This document shows, in pieces, positions 38,298 through 46,318 of a DNA stretch of 64,000 bases. Source of the DNA: a virus. The notes beneath the pieces are model-generated. The model made no database searches. It had not been told where the DNA came from and worked only from the letters and a program-made list of their open reading frames with translations. Position 1 is the stretch's first letter, and each line of letters begins with the position of its first letter. The position numbers were made by a program, and so were the translations under genes. Location of the stretch: positions 1 to 64,000 of the IMG/VR virus record IMGVR_UViG_3300025131_008220; one strand, 5' to 3'.

Positions 38298-38852
38298 TTA
38301 ATGTATTTTTCTTTTTAAAATTTCAGCACCTTTTCTATGCAGGTTTATGGCTGTCTGAGAACTGAAGCCTAAGAGATTTCCTATTTTGGCCCAAGTCATC
38401 TTGCCTCCCGAGAAGTATCTAAGAGAGTAGACTTTTTCAACTCTAGGGTCTTTCATTTTTCCTAGCTCGTTAAATATAAAAGACTTCATCTCTTTATTTG
38501 AGTAAGGATTTCCTTGCTCAGTTATTATGGTGTTCTGCCTGACTTTTTCGCTTAGTCTATTTATTTTAGCGGACTTACTTATTAAATGTAGGCATTTATA
38601 CTTAACATTATTACTAAGCCAAGTACAAAAACTAGATCCTTTTTCTAAATTAAAACTTTTCGCCGACTCGTAAATAATTAAATCCTTATCTAATAGAATA
38701 TCATTAGGGTCGGCCCCAGATTTAGCCATAGACGACGAGTACTTAGAATACATAGACAAAAAGACAGGAGAATACCTAGATATCACCTTAAGTAGAGACA
38801 GGTCACAATCTTTTTCTTGTATCTTCTTTATTTCCAGATAGAAGTTATTCAT
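38298..38852 (-). CDS. Phage sigma70-family sigma factor-like protein
   Basis: Region-2-like SF..EKGSSFCTWL..VKY and region-4 HTH LRYF...MTWAKIGNLLGFSSQTA.NLHRKG...LKR. Confidence 0.75.
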   Translation of the reverse strand: MNNFYLEIKKIQEKDCDLSLLKVISRYSPVFLSMYSKYSSSMAKSGADPNDILLDKDLIIYESAKSFNLEKGSSFCTWLSNNVKYKCLHLISKSAKINRLSEKVRQNTIITEQGNPYSNKEMKSFIFNELGKMKDPRVEKVYSLRYFSGGKMTWAKIGNLLGFSSQTAINLHRKGAEILKRKIH

Positions 38853-38867
38853 TTTTTTTTAAAATTA

Positions 38868-38894
38868 ATAAAAGAGGATTCCGCAAGCGGAATC
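38868..38894 (-). terminator. Intrinsic terminator-like hairpin ending the putative ncRNA
   Basis: GATTCCG-CTTG-CGGAATC followed by CTCTTTTATT. Confidence 0.6.
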
Positions 38895-39217
38895 GACGTA
38901 GCTTTTTTGCTGAGCACAGTTCACCCAACTTACAAAACACTTAAAACGACTACGAAAGGACGCTTTCGCTTCCACTTTAGTTCTATTCGCAGGGACTTTC
39001 TCCTTTTCGGCCCGCACATACGAGCCTAGCTAATGACTTTCGCAACCTATACCAAGTGTGATTAAAAATGGTAGAACTTTTTTAAATGATCACTTCCCTC
39101 ATACGCCGCCTGCACCCGCTTGTAGCGTACCTTCCAAGGTTCGAGAAGCCCCTTCGGGGTTGTTGGTCTCTCAAGAGTTACCAGACTCGCTTTCGCTTAG
39201 AACCATTCTTCACACTT
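38868..39217 (-). ncRNA. Putative ~350-nt structured non-coding RNA or leader, family not recognised
   Basis: Perfect promoter upstream, a 5' long-range helix, several GNRA-capped hairpins and a terminal hairpin. No convincing ORF. Confidence 0.65.
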
Positions 39218-39222
39218 TCTCT

Positions 39223-39251
39223 ATTATAAATTTTACTTGACTTTCTGTCAA
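39223..39251 (-). promoter_or_regulatory. Perfect sigma70 promoter (leftward)
   Basis: TTGACA (39251-39246), N17, TATAAT (39228-39223). Confidence 0.88.
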
Positions 39252-39265
39252 GTTTTTTTTAAAAT
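39237..39265 (+). promoter_or_regulatory. Sigma70 promoter (rightward, leaderless)
   Basis: TTGACT-N17-TAAAAT with ATG 39272 after a 6-nt gap. Confidence 0.78.
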
Positions 39266-39271
39266 TTAAAA

Positions 39272-39724
39272 ATGGACAGACTCAGCTGGGTAGACTATGG
39301 CATAGAACTAGCAAAAACAGCGGCCCTAAGAAGCGAAGACCCATTCATTCAGGTTGGCTGCTGCCTTTTTAGGCCAGATAATAGCATCGCATCTCTAGGC
39401 TACAATGGGGCACCTCCCGGAGTTGACATAGACTGGTCAGATAGAGACGAAAGAAGGAAAAGAGTTATTCATGCTGAAACAAACGCCCTAAAGAATATAA
39501 AACCCCAAGAAGCAGACAGAATGTTTGTAACCTTAATGCCCTGTGGGGACTGCATTAAAAACGTAGCTTCTTATGGAATAAAGCAAATATTTTATATTAA
39601 AACATACGACCTTGATAAAACAGCTATAGACCTAGCATCAGAATTTGGAATAAATTTAACACAACACAATAATGATCTCCGTATATATCAAAAAATTAGA
39701 AGAGTCGGCAGTGACGCCGACTAG
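39272..39724 (+). CDS. dCMP deaminase
   Basis: RSEDP..QVG, GYNG, HAETNA and PCGDC. Confidence 0.92.
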   Translation: MDRLSWVDYGIELAKTAALRSEDPFIQVGCCLFRPDNSIASLGYNGAPPGVDIDWSDRDERRKRVIHAETNALKNIKPQEADRMFVTLMPCGDCIKNVASYGIKQIFYIKTYDLDKTAIDLASEFGINLTQHNNDLRIYQKIRRVGSDAD

Positions 39725-40118
39725 AGCAACAGACCTAGACGCCGGGTACGACCTATATTCAATCAAAGACGGAGTAGTCCCAGCAGGAAGCAGGAAAGTA
39801 GTAGGGACAGGAATAGCTATAGCCATTCCAAATAGCAGAAATGTTTTTGCTCCATCTTACTACGGAAGAATTGCCCCAAGATCAGGCCTCGCAGTAAAAA
39901 AAGGCATTGATGTGCTAGCGGGAGTTGTAGACGCAGGGTACAGAGGCGAAGTAGGGGTTGTCTTACAGAACCTTTCTGACGAAGACTTTATCTATAAAAA
40001 AGGAGACAGAGTAGCTCAGTTGATACTCGAACAGTGTAATACAATAGGCTGGGTCGAAGTAGAAGAGCTAGAAGATTCAACTAGATCCGATGGAGGCTAT
40101 GGGAGTACAGGTAATTAA
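39672..40118 (+). CDS. dut: dUTPase (trimeric)
   Basis: AGYDL, PRSGLA, GVVDAGYRGE, RVAQL and R..GGYGSTG. Confidence 0.95.
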   Translation: MISVYIKKLEESAVTPTRATDLDAGYDLYSIKDGVVPAGSRKVVGTGIAIAIPNSRNVFAPSYYGRIAPRSGLAVKKGIDVLAGVVDAGYRGEVGVVLQNLSDEDFIYKKGDRVAQLILEQCNTIGWVEVEELEDSTRSDGGYGSTGN

Positions 40119-40452
40119 TCTAATAGCAGGCTCTCTGTCTGCTTGCGGGATTATGTTTTTATGGTTCGATACTAGTCTCGCCCTTGACTATCTAAAGCTA
40201 CTTAGGTTAGAAAAAAAATTTATAGAAGAATATGAAAAAGAGTTATTTGAAAATCCCGACATTAAGTTTTTGGAGTTTTCGTATTTTAAGAATCCCACCT
40301 TTTTCAATAAGCTCTTCTCCTGCCCTTACTGCCTTGGGTTTTGGGTGTCAGTATTTTGCACTATGATAGCAACACATAATATTTTTTTAATATTTGTTGG
40401 CTATATTTTTACCTTATCTTTTTATTTTATTTTTAAAAAATGGCAAAGTTAA
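40099..40452 (+). CDS. DUF1360-like membrane protein
   Basis: LFSCPYCLGFWVS plus hydrophobic segments. Confidence 0.6.
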   Translation: MGVQVINLIAGSLSACGIMFLWFDTSLALDYLKLLRLEKKFIEEYEKELFENPDIKFLEFSYFKNPTFFNKLFSCPYCLGFWVSVFCTMIATHNIFLIFVGYIFTLSFYFIFKKWQS

Positions 40453-40745
40453 TAGTAGTTAAAGCCTGTACTGAATTTTGTTCTTTACTTTTAGCCAAGC
40501 CTCTGGTAATATTAGATATACCTCAACTGAAAGAGGTTTTAGAAAAGTGCCAAACTTCTAATAGAAGTTGCTGTAGCTCCGCTAAGGACAGTTTAAGAAA
40601 GATAGCCGAACAGGATATTTTTAAACTAATTAAAGAGTTCAGCAATAAAGAAGTCAAACTTTTCAGGAAACATCTTTTAGAAGGTTCTAAGTCAGACGGT
40701 ATTAATATTATATTCGAAAAAATAAGCAAAAACATCATTATATGA
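40440..40745 (+). CDS. Hypothetical protein
   Basis: 101-aa ORF overlapping co-oriented neighbours. Confidence 0.6.
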   Translation: MAKLIVVKACTEFCSLLLAKPLVILDIPQLKEVLEKCQTSNRSCCSSAKDSLRKIAEQDIFKLIKEFSNKEVKLFRKHLLEGSKSDGINIIFEKISKNIII

Positions 40746-40939
40746 TTACAGACACAGATCAGAACAAGGTTCTCGAAATACATAAGAGAATGATAGACAA
40801 GACCGTGAGAGTGTTAGAGTCGAACACTAGCTGGATTGGAAGAGTTGTTGACGTTATAGATACTCAAAACTTTTCCGTTCGTAGAAGCAAGGACTCTGCA
40901 GCTCAAACTGTAAATATGTTTAACATAAGGTCTTTATAA
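40742..40939 (+). CDS. Small hypothetical protein (possible SH3/Sm-like beta fold)
   Basis: 65-aa ORF coupled to both neighbours. Confidence 0.6.
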   Translation: MITDTDQNKVLEIHKRMIDKTVRVLESNTSWIGRVVDVIDTQNFSVRRSKDSAAQTVNMFNIRSL

Positions 40940-41523
40940 TGGAAGAAATAAACACACCCCAACAAGCCGCCATGTTTGACCATATTCTCTTCGAAGCAGA
41001 CCTCCCTAGAAAAGGATTGCCTAACGAAATAAAAGAGATAGACATGTCTGACACAGAGTTTCAAACCACAGACCTGTCTAAAACCATGGACACTTGGTCT
41101 GTATCTAGCGCCGGAGAACTTTTCTTCCACGAGAGCGAGCCCTTCTTTGTCAAAGACGAGAACCACTCAATGGGGGGATACTTTAAAGAAAAGCACAAAG
41201 GTATAAAAAGGGAAGAAAAGACAAAGTCAATCCACTTTTATAACGTTTTTGAAGGAAAGGAAAAAGACTATTGGATTTCTTATGACGCTTTATTTAGAAA
41301 AGGCAACTTAGTATCTGTTGATTTAAATGAAGTAGAAGAAGTAGACCAAGAAACAAGGAAAGAAGCAAGAGCAAAAGCAAGGGAAATAGCAGAGAGCTTT
41401 AACAAAAAGATGAACAGAACCACCCACACCCTACTTAAGCCTATTAAGTTTTGCCTTGGTGTCTTTTTAATCTCCCTGCACTTTTGCGGAAGCAAGCTCT
41501 CGGAACTACACTCTAAGCTATGA
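40939..41523 (+). CDS. Conserved phage hypothetical protein (paralog of 1278..1811)
   Basis: MFD, FQTTDL, IHFY and WISY.A.F.KG.L motifs. Confidence 0.75.
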   Translation: MEEINTPQQAAMFDHILFEADLPRKGLPNEIKEIDMSDTEFQTTDLSKTMDTWSVSSAGELFFHESEPFFVKDENHSMGGYFKEKHKGIKREEKTKSIHFYNVFEGKEKDYWISYDALFRKGNLVSVDLNEVEEVDQETRKEARAKAREIAESFNKKMNRTTHTLLKPIKFCLGVFLISLHFCGSKLSELHSKL

Positions 41524-42146
41524 TAGGACTAAGCGGAATAGCAGGATCTGGTAAGGATTTATTTTGTAAACTCCTTTTAAAAGAGATAAAAGGAACAAGG
41601 ATAGCTCTAGCAGACCCCTTAAAGGAAGAGACTAGAGGATTTATATTACAAAAATATGGAATAGATATTTTAAATTGCACCCTAGAACAAAAGAATAAAG
41701 TCAGAGATTTTTTGGTTTTCTATGGAGGGATAAAGAGATACGAATCTAAAGGAACGTACTGGACAGATAAAGCACAAAAGAAGATTGACGCATCTAAACA
41801 CATCTCCGTTGTCACTGATATACGCTACGCCGAATATGAGAACGACGAGATACATTGGATTAAAGCTACGAACAAAGGGGTCTTAGTTCATATTAGAAAA
41901 TATTGCGAAATAGAAACCTTTGGCCCTCATATGAAAAGAGTTTATTTTGATCCTCCTAACGAAGACGAAAGAAGAAGCGATCCTAAGCTCATGGAAAAAG
42001 CAGACTACTCCATTGAATGGCCCCACGTAGAGGACGCCACCCAAGAGGAAATTAAAGAAACGCTAGCCCCTTACGCAAAAGAATTTGCCGAATGGTACAA
42101 TAAAAAGAAAAATTATGAAGCAAGCAAAGCAAAACGCAGCAAGTAA
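41520..42146 (+). CDS. Deoxynucleoside monophosphate kinase
   Basis: IGLSGIAGSGKD, ALADPLKE and VTDIRY..NE. Confidence 0.85.
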   Translation: MIGLSGIAGSGKDLFCKLLLKEIKGTRIALADPLKEETRGFILQKYGIDILNCTLEQKNKVRDFLVFYGGIKRYESKGTYWTDKAQKKIDASKHISVVTDIRYAEYENDEIHWIKATNKGVLVHIRKYCEIETFGPHMKRVYFDPPNEDERRSDPKLMEKADYSIEWPHVEDATQEEIKETLAPYAKEFAEWYNKKKNYEASKAKRSK

Positions 42147-42399
42147 ATGGTTTCCAGAAATAGAATGGTTATCTAATAATCTGGAAAAGTTCAACGCGGA
42201 TCACCTTAAATTAATAGTCCACGCTAAAGAAAAAGAAGCTATTGAGCCGAAATCAAACATCAGTAATATTTTGAGAAGCGCCGCAGCAGCGGGAATGATT
42301 GAGCCGATGGAATCTTATAGAAAATCAGACTGGAAAAACTCCACAAGAGTGCCGAGGCAATTCTGGAGAAAAGCAAAAAACAAAGTCAAAGGAAAATAA
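42115..42399 (+). CDS. Hypothetical protein
   Basis: ORF with likely start MKQAKQ. Confidence 0.6.
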   Translation: MKQAKQNAASKWFPEIEWLSNNLEKFNADHLKLIVHAKEKEAIEPKSNISNILRSAAAAGMIEPMESYRKSDWKNSTRVPRQFWRKAKNKVKGK

Positions 42400-42401
42400 T
42401 T

Positions 42402-42647
42402 ATGTTTTATAATGCATTAACAAAGAAGTACGAAGCGGAGGTTGAAGAATCCCTAGCTACACTCAAGGTGTATATGAGCAGGAGTGTTGGGATAGGCGAG
42501 CACTCAGACCTGTTAACAGAGTTGGATAAATATGTCTCAAAACTAGCGGCAGCAGAGGACAACTTAGAGTCACTAAAGAGACATAAAGGCACACTTACTG
42601 AGACGGAAAGTGAGACAGGCTTTGAGCCTCCCAGTCAAAGTTACTAA
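42402..42647 (+). CDS. Small conserved phage protein
   Basis: Helical-hairpin-like sequence with a VGIGEHSD motif. Confidence 0.7.
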   Translation: MFYNALTKKYEAEVEESLATLKVYMSRSVGIGEHSDLLTELDKYVSKLAAAEDNLESLKRHKGTLTETESETGFEPPSQSY

Positions 42648-42676
42648 AAACCTTAATGAATAAGCAAATTTTTAAT

Positions 42677-42692
42677 TGGCACGCTTGCTGCT
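42677..42692 (+). promoter_or_regulatory. Sigma54-type promoter of hsp20
   Basis: TGGCAC-GCTTG-CTGCT, 15 nt before ATG 42708. Confidence 0.6.
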
Positions 42693-42707
42693 ATTATATA
42701 TATTAAC

Positions 42708-43112
42708 ATGAGTACATTAACATTAACAAATATGGGACTAAGAAACGTGTCGAATCTTTTCGATTATGTAAACAGCAGCCTCGAGGATGACTACAAAGAA
42801 TGGGCTAGCTCTTGGAAGGGCTGGAGCTCAGATAACAACACTCACTTTAACGAGGAAGAGGACGGGTATTCTTTTTATCTAGCCCTATCGGGCTTGACTA
42901 AAGAGGACGTAAAGATTAACGTAGTGGACGACTATATCAGCGTCCACGCCGAAGGAACCTCTGCAGGAAGAGAGGTTAATTACAAGAAGAGCTTTAGCAT
43001 TCCAACTAAAGCGGACAAAGAAACTCTAGAAGCAAAAATGGAAAACGGTATGCTGAGTATCACTATCAGTAAAAGGGAAAAGGACAAAAATAAGACTGTC
43101 GAAATAAAGTAG
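42708..43112 (+). CDS. Small heat-shock protein (Hsp20/alpha-crystallin)
   Basis: GLTKEDVKI, KSFSIP, AKMENGMLSI and C-terminal VEIK. Confidence 0.92.
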   Translation: MSTLTLTNMGLRNVSNLFDYVNSSLEDDYKEWASSWKGWSSDNNTHFNEEEDGYSFYLALSGLTKEDVKINVVDDYISVHAEGTSAGREVNYKKSFSIPTKADKETLEAKMENGMLSITISKREKDKNKTVEIK

Positions 43113-43141
43113 GCAAATAGCAACCGAATTTTAGCTTCTTT

Positions 43142-43172
43142 AAGCTGCTCATTTTTTTGGGCAGCTTTTTTT
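43142..43172 (+). terminator. Intrinsic terminator
   Basis: AAGCTGCTCA-loop-TGGGCAGCTT followed by a T-run. Confidence 0.8.
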
Positions 43173-43173
43173 G

Positions 43174-43202
43174 TTGACAAGCGCATAAGACTAAGGTATA
43201 AT
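43174..43202 (+). promoter_or_regulatory. Perfect sigma70 promoter
   Basis: TTGACA-N17-TATAAT, 9 nt before ATG 43212. Confidence 0.88.
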
Positions 43203-43211
43203 TATTAAAGT

Positions 43212-43757
43212 ATGATTCAGTTCTATAAAGCAAACCCGAAGGTGTCAGGAACAGCCTGTTCTTTTTCTGTCAACCCTAAAGACAAGTCCGTATACGCCAG
43301 CTTAATTAAGCAGAAGAGTTGGGACGATAAAACGAAGACAGGTAGGTTTGATGCCGACAATAAGTGCATCACTAAGCTAAACACAATGGAGCTAGGCGCT
43401 CTAATCAACGCTATTGATACGAAGACAGACTGGTCAGCTTATCATGGAACTCAGACAAGAGCGACTAAGATGAATTTTTCCCCATACTCCCAAGGGGGCA
43501 ATGAAGGCTACAACTTCAGAGTAACCGCTGACTCTAAAGAAGACTCAGAAAAGAAATCCACCTTCTCGATGGGCTTTAGATACGGAGAAGCAGAGGTTCT
43601 GAAGAGATATTTTATCTTTTCTATGAACGCTATCTTCCAAGCCTCCCTTGAAGAGGTTCAGGCCTCACTAAGCGGAGCCAAGAAAGGCGGCTACAATAAG
43701 CCTCAAGCAGCCTCCGCGCCAAAAACAGAGGACTCGGACGAAGAGGTTGTTTGGTAA
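43212..43757 (+). CDS. Putative single-stranded DNA-binding protein (Whirly/PC4-like, tentative)
   Basis: Beta-rich body, flexible linker and acidic C-terminal tail EDSDEEVVW. Confidence 0.5.
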   Translation: MIQFYKANPKVSGTACSFSVNPKDKSVYASLIKQKSWDDKTKTGRFDADNKCITKLNTMELGALINAIDTKTDWSAYHGTQTRATKMNFSPYSQGGNEGYNFRVTADSKEDSEKKSTFSMGFRYGEAEVLKRYFIFSMNAIFQASLEEVQASLSGAKKGGYNKPQAASAPKTEDSDEEVVW

Positions 43758-44391
43758 AATCTCCGTGATTGACGACTTTGATAAGAAGGTACCTTTTCTA
43801 AAGTCCGGCGCTCCAAACAGAGCGCCGTATTATTATCTTTTCTCCTTAGCTTACGCTAGGAACAAAGGATTGTGGCTAGAGTTTGGTACCCATGACGGCA
43901 CTACACTAAACCTAATAGCCGAAATAATGCATAAGTATGGGAAAGCAAAGACACCTATGTACGGTTTCGATTCTTTCGAGGGGCTACCGGAAGCGTGGGG
44001 GAGTAAAGCGAAGAAAGGCCACTTTAATAAACAGGGAAAAATGCCCAACGTTGCATGGGATAACATAAGAATAGTGAAAGGCTGGTTTAACGAGACTATA
44101 CCTAAGTTTTTAAAAATAGAAAAAGCAGATGTAGCTATGGTTCATATAGATAGTGACCTTTATATTTCAGCAAAAACAACCCTAGAAGGACTAAAAGAAA
44201 GGATAAAACCCGGGACAGTAATAATGTTTGACCAGTTCCATAACGGTAGCGGGCATTATCCAGAGTATAAAGAACACGAATACAAAGCTTGGAAAGAGTT
44301 TTCAGAAGAATATAAAGTAAAATACGACTGGATAGCTTATGTCAAAGACTCGCTACAAGCCTCATTAATAGTAAGGGACATCCAAGTTTGA
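43747..44391 (+). CDS. TylF/MycF-family O-methyltransferase
   Basis: LEFG, YGFDSFEGLPE, KGWF.ET, HIDSDLY and MFD. Confidence 0.88.
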   Translation: MFGKISVIDDFDKKVPFLKSGAPNRAPYYYLFSLAYARNKGLWLEFGTHDGTTLNLIAEIMHKYGKAKTPMYGFDSFEGLPEAWGSKAKKGHFNKQGKMPNVAWDNIRIVKGWFNETIPKFLKIEKADVAMVHIDSDLYISAKTTLEGLKERIKPGTVIMFDQFHNGSGHYPEYKEHEYKAWKEFSEEYKVKYDWIAYVKDSLQASLIVRDIQV

Positions 44392-46316
44392 GAAAAAAGA
44401 AGATTTTATTCCAAAGTGATTCTGCCCTAGCAAAGACAGGGTTTGGAAGAAACGCTAAAGAAGTTCTCTCGTACCTGTATGATACAGGTAAGTACGAGAT
44501 CTTTCACTATTGCTGTGGAACAACCAAAGGAGAGCCAGCCCTAGAGAGACCCCCTTGGAAGTGCATTGGGACCATGCCCAAGGACCAAAACCTACTGGTC
44601 AAACTAAACCAAGACCCAGAACAAGGAAGGGACGTCAACTACGGAGGATATTTCGTAAACGAAGTAATAAAAAAAGTCCAACCAGATGTTTTTATAGGTG
44701 CTCAAGACATATGGGGAGTAGAGTCATGCACTAAAAAAGAATGGTACGATAAAATAACCTCAGCCATATGGACAACCTTAGACTCTCTACCCCTTTACCC
44801 AAATGCAGTGAAGATAGCCCCTAAAATAAAAAACTTTTGGGTTTGGAGTAACTTTGCCGAAAAAGAATTCGCTAGGTTAGGTTATGGACACATAAAGACA
44901 CTACACGGAGCAATTAACCATAAAGATTTTTGCAGACTATCGGATGAAAAGAGAGCAGAGCTAAGAAAAAAATTTAAAATAGAAGAGGATGCTTTTGTTA
45001 TTGGGTTTGTTTTCAGGAACCAGTTAAGAAAATCTGTACCTAACCTGCTAGAAGGCTACGCTAAATGGAAAAAGATTGCGCGACTTGGGGACAAAAAGAA
45101 GTCTTATTTGCTGCTTCACACCCACTGGAAAGAAGGCTGGAATATCCATAGGCTATGTGAAGAATACGGCATAGACAAATCGGAAATATTAACTACTTAT
45201 ATTTGCAAGAACTGCAAAGAGTATTGGGTAAAGCCTTATTCTGGACACGGCTTACAATGCGAATCGTGCAAAACAAAAGACTCTCAGGTAACATGTCATG
45301 TCTCCATAGGTGTCGAAGAACCCCAACTCAACGAAGTGTACAATTTGATGGACACTTATTGTCACCCGTTTACCAGCGGTGGGCAAGAAATTCCTGTTCA
45401 AGAAGCCAAATTTACAGAGTTAATTACCTTAGTCACAAACTACAGTTGTGGAGAAGAGAGCTGCGAAAAAGGCTCAGGATCCCTTCCTCTCAAGTGGTCT
45501 GAATACAGAGAGCACGGCACTCAATTCAGAAAAGCTTCAACATGCCCAAACTCTATAGCTGAGAACCTAGATAAAGTATTCCACATGCCACTAGAGGAAA
45601 GGCTTAAAAAAGGCAAGAAGGCCAGAGACTGGGCTATCAGCAAATTTTCAACAGAAGTGACAGGCAAGTTTCTGGAAGACTTTATAGACTCCGCCCCTTA
45701 CGCTACCTTTGACTTCGATAAACTAGACTGGAAACCTAGAGACCCTAAAGCAAAAATTCCGGAGATACAAGATGACGCCGAATGGCTGATATATGCATAC
45801 AAGCATATATTAAATATGCAGGTAGATAGAGGAAATGACGGGCACAAATATTGGATGAACCAAATGGCCAATAAAACACCCAGAAAAAACATAGAAGACT
45901 TCTTTAGAAAAAAAGCTCAGGAAGAGAACCAACAGAACATACCTTTTAAAATAGAAGACTACCTAGATGAAGAGGACGAAGGTAAACGTATATTAGTAGT
46001 CATGCCCGGAAGCATAGGTGATGTGTTTTTAACTACTTCTATACTAGAGTCTATAGCAGAAACATACCCAAGCCCAAACTACAATATCTATTTTGCAACA
46101 GACCCCAAGTATTTTGAGGTAGTAGAAGGCAACGAGAACATATATAAAATAATCCCCTACAACCAGAAGATGGATGACCTGCTCTGGCTAGAAGGAAGAG
46201 GCGACCATAAAGGCTTTTTTGAAGTAGCCCTGCTACCTCACATAGGAACACAAAGAATGTTTAACTATCAACATAATGGTAAAGATAAGATAGCGTTAGA
46301 CCTTACTTGGAACTAG
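44388..46316 (+). CDS. GT4 glycosyltransferase fused to a helical linker and the N-terminal half of a GT9
   Basis: TGFGR, RNQLRK, SGGQEIPVQEA and a CxxC..CxxC insert. The C-terminus contains RILVVMPGSIGDVFLTT. Confidence 0.82.
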   Translation: MRKKKILFQSDSALAKTGFGRNAKEVLSYLYDTGKYEIFHYCCGTTKGEPALERPPWKCIGTMPKDQNLLVKLNQDPEQGRDVNYGGYFVNEVIKKVQPDVFIGAQDIWGVESCTKKEWYDKITSAIWTTLDSLPLYPNAVKIAPKIKNFWVWSNFAEKEFARLGYGHIKTLHGAINHKDFCRLSDEKRAELRKKFKIEEDAFVIGFVFRNQLRKSVPNLLEGYAKWKKIARLGDKKKSYLLLHTHWKEGWNIHRLCEEYGIDKSEILTTYICKNCKEYWVKPYSGHGLQCESCKTKDSQVTCHVSIGVEEPQLNEVYNLMDTYCHPFTSGGQEIPVQEAKFTELITLVTNYSCGEESCEKGSGSLPLKWSEYREHGTQFRKASTCPNSIAENLDKVFHMPLEERLKKGKKARDWAISKFSTEVTGKFLEDFIDSAPYATFDFDKLDWKPRDPKAKIPEIQDDAEWLIYAYKHILNMQVDRGNDGHKYWMNQMANKTPRKNIEDFFRKKAQEENQQNIPFKIEDYLDEEDEGKRILVVMPGSIGDVFLTTSILESIAETYPSPNYNIYFATDPKYFEVVEGNENIYKIIPYNQKMDDLLWLEGRGDHKGFFEVALLPHIGTQRMFNYQHNGKDKIALDLTWN

Positions 46317-46318
46317 TT

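Noticed and set aside
38868-39217. Identification of the large RNA as RNase P RNA, a group II intron, tmRNA or a cobalamin riboswitch
   Set aside because: GGAGAAAGUCC resembles the RNase P GAGGAAAGUCC but is in the wrong position and lacks the 3' partner. I saw no group II domain V, no tRNA-like ends and no B12 box.
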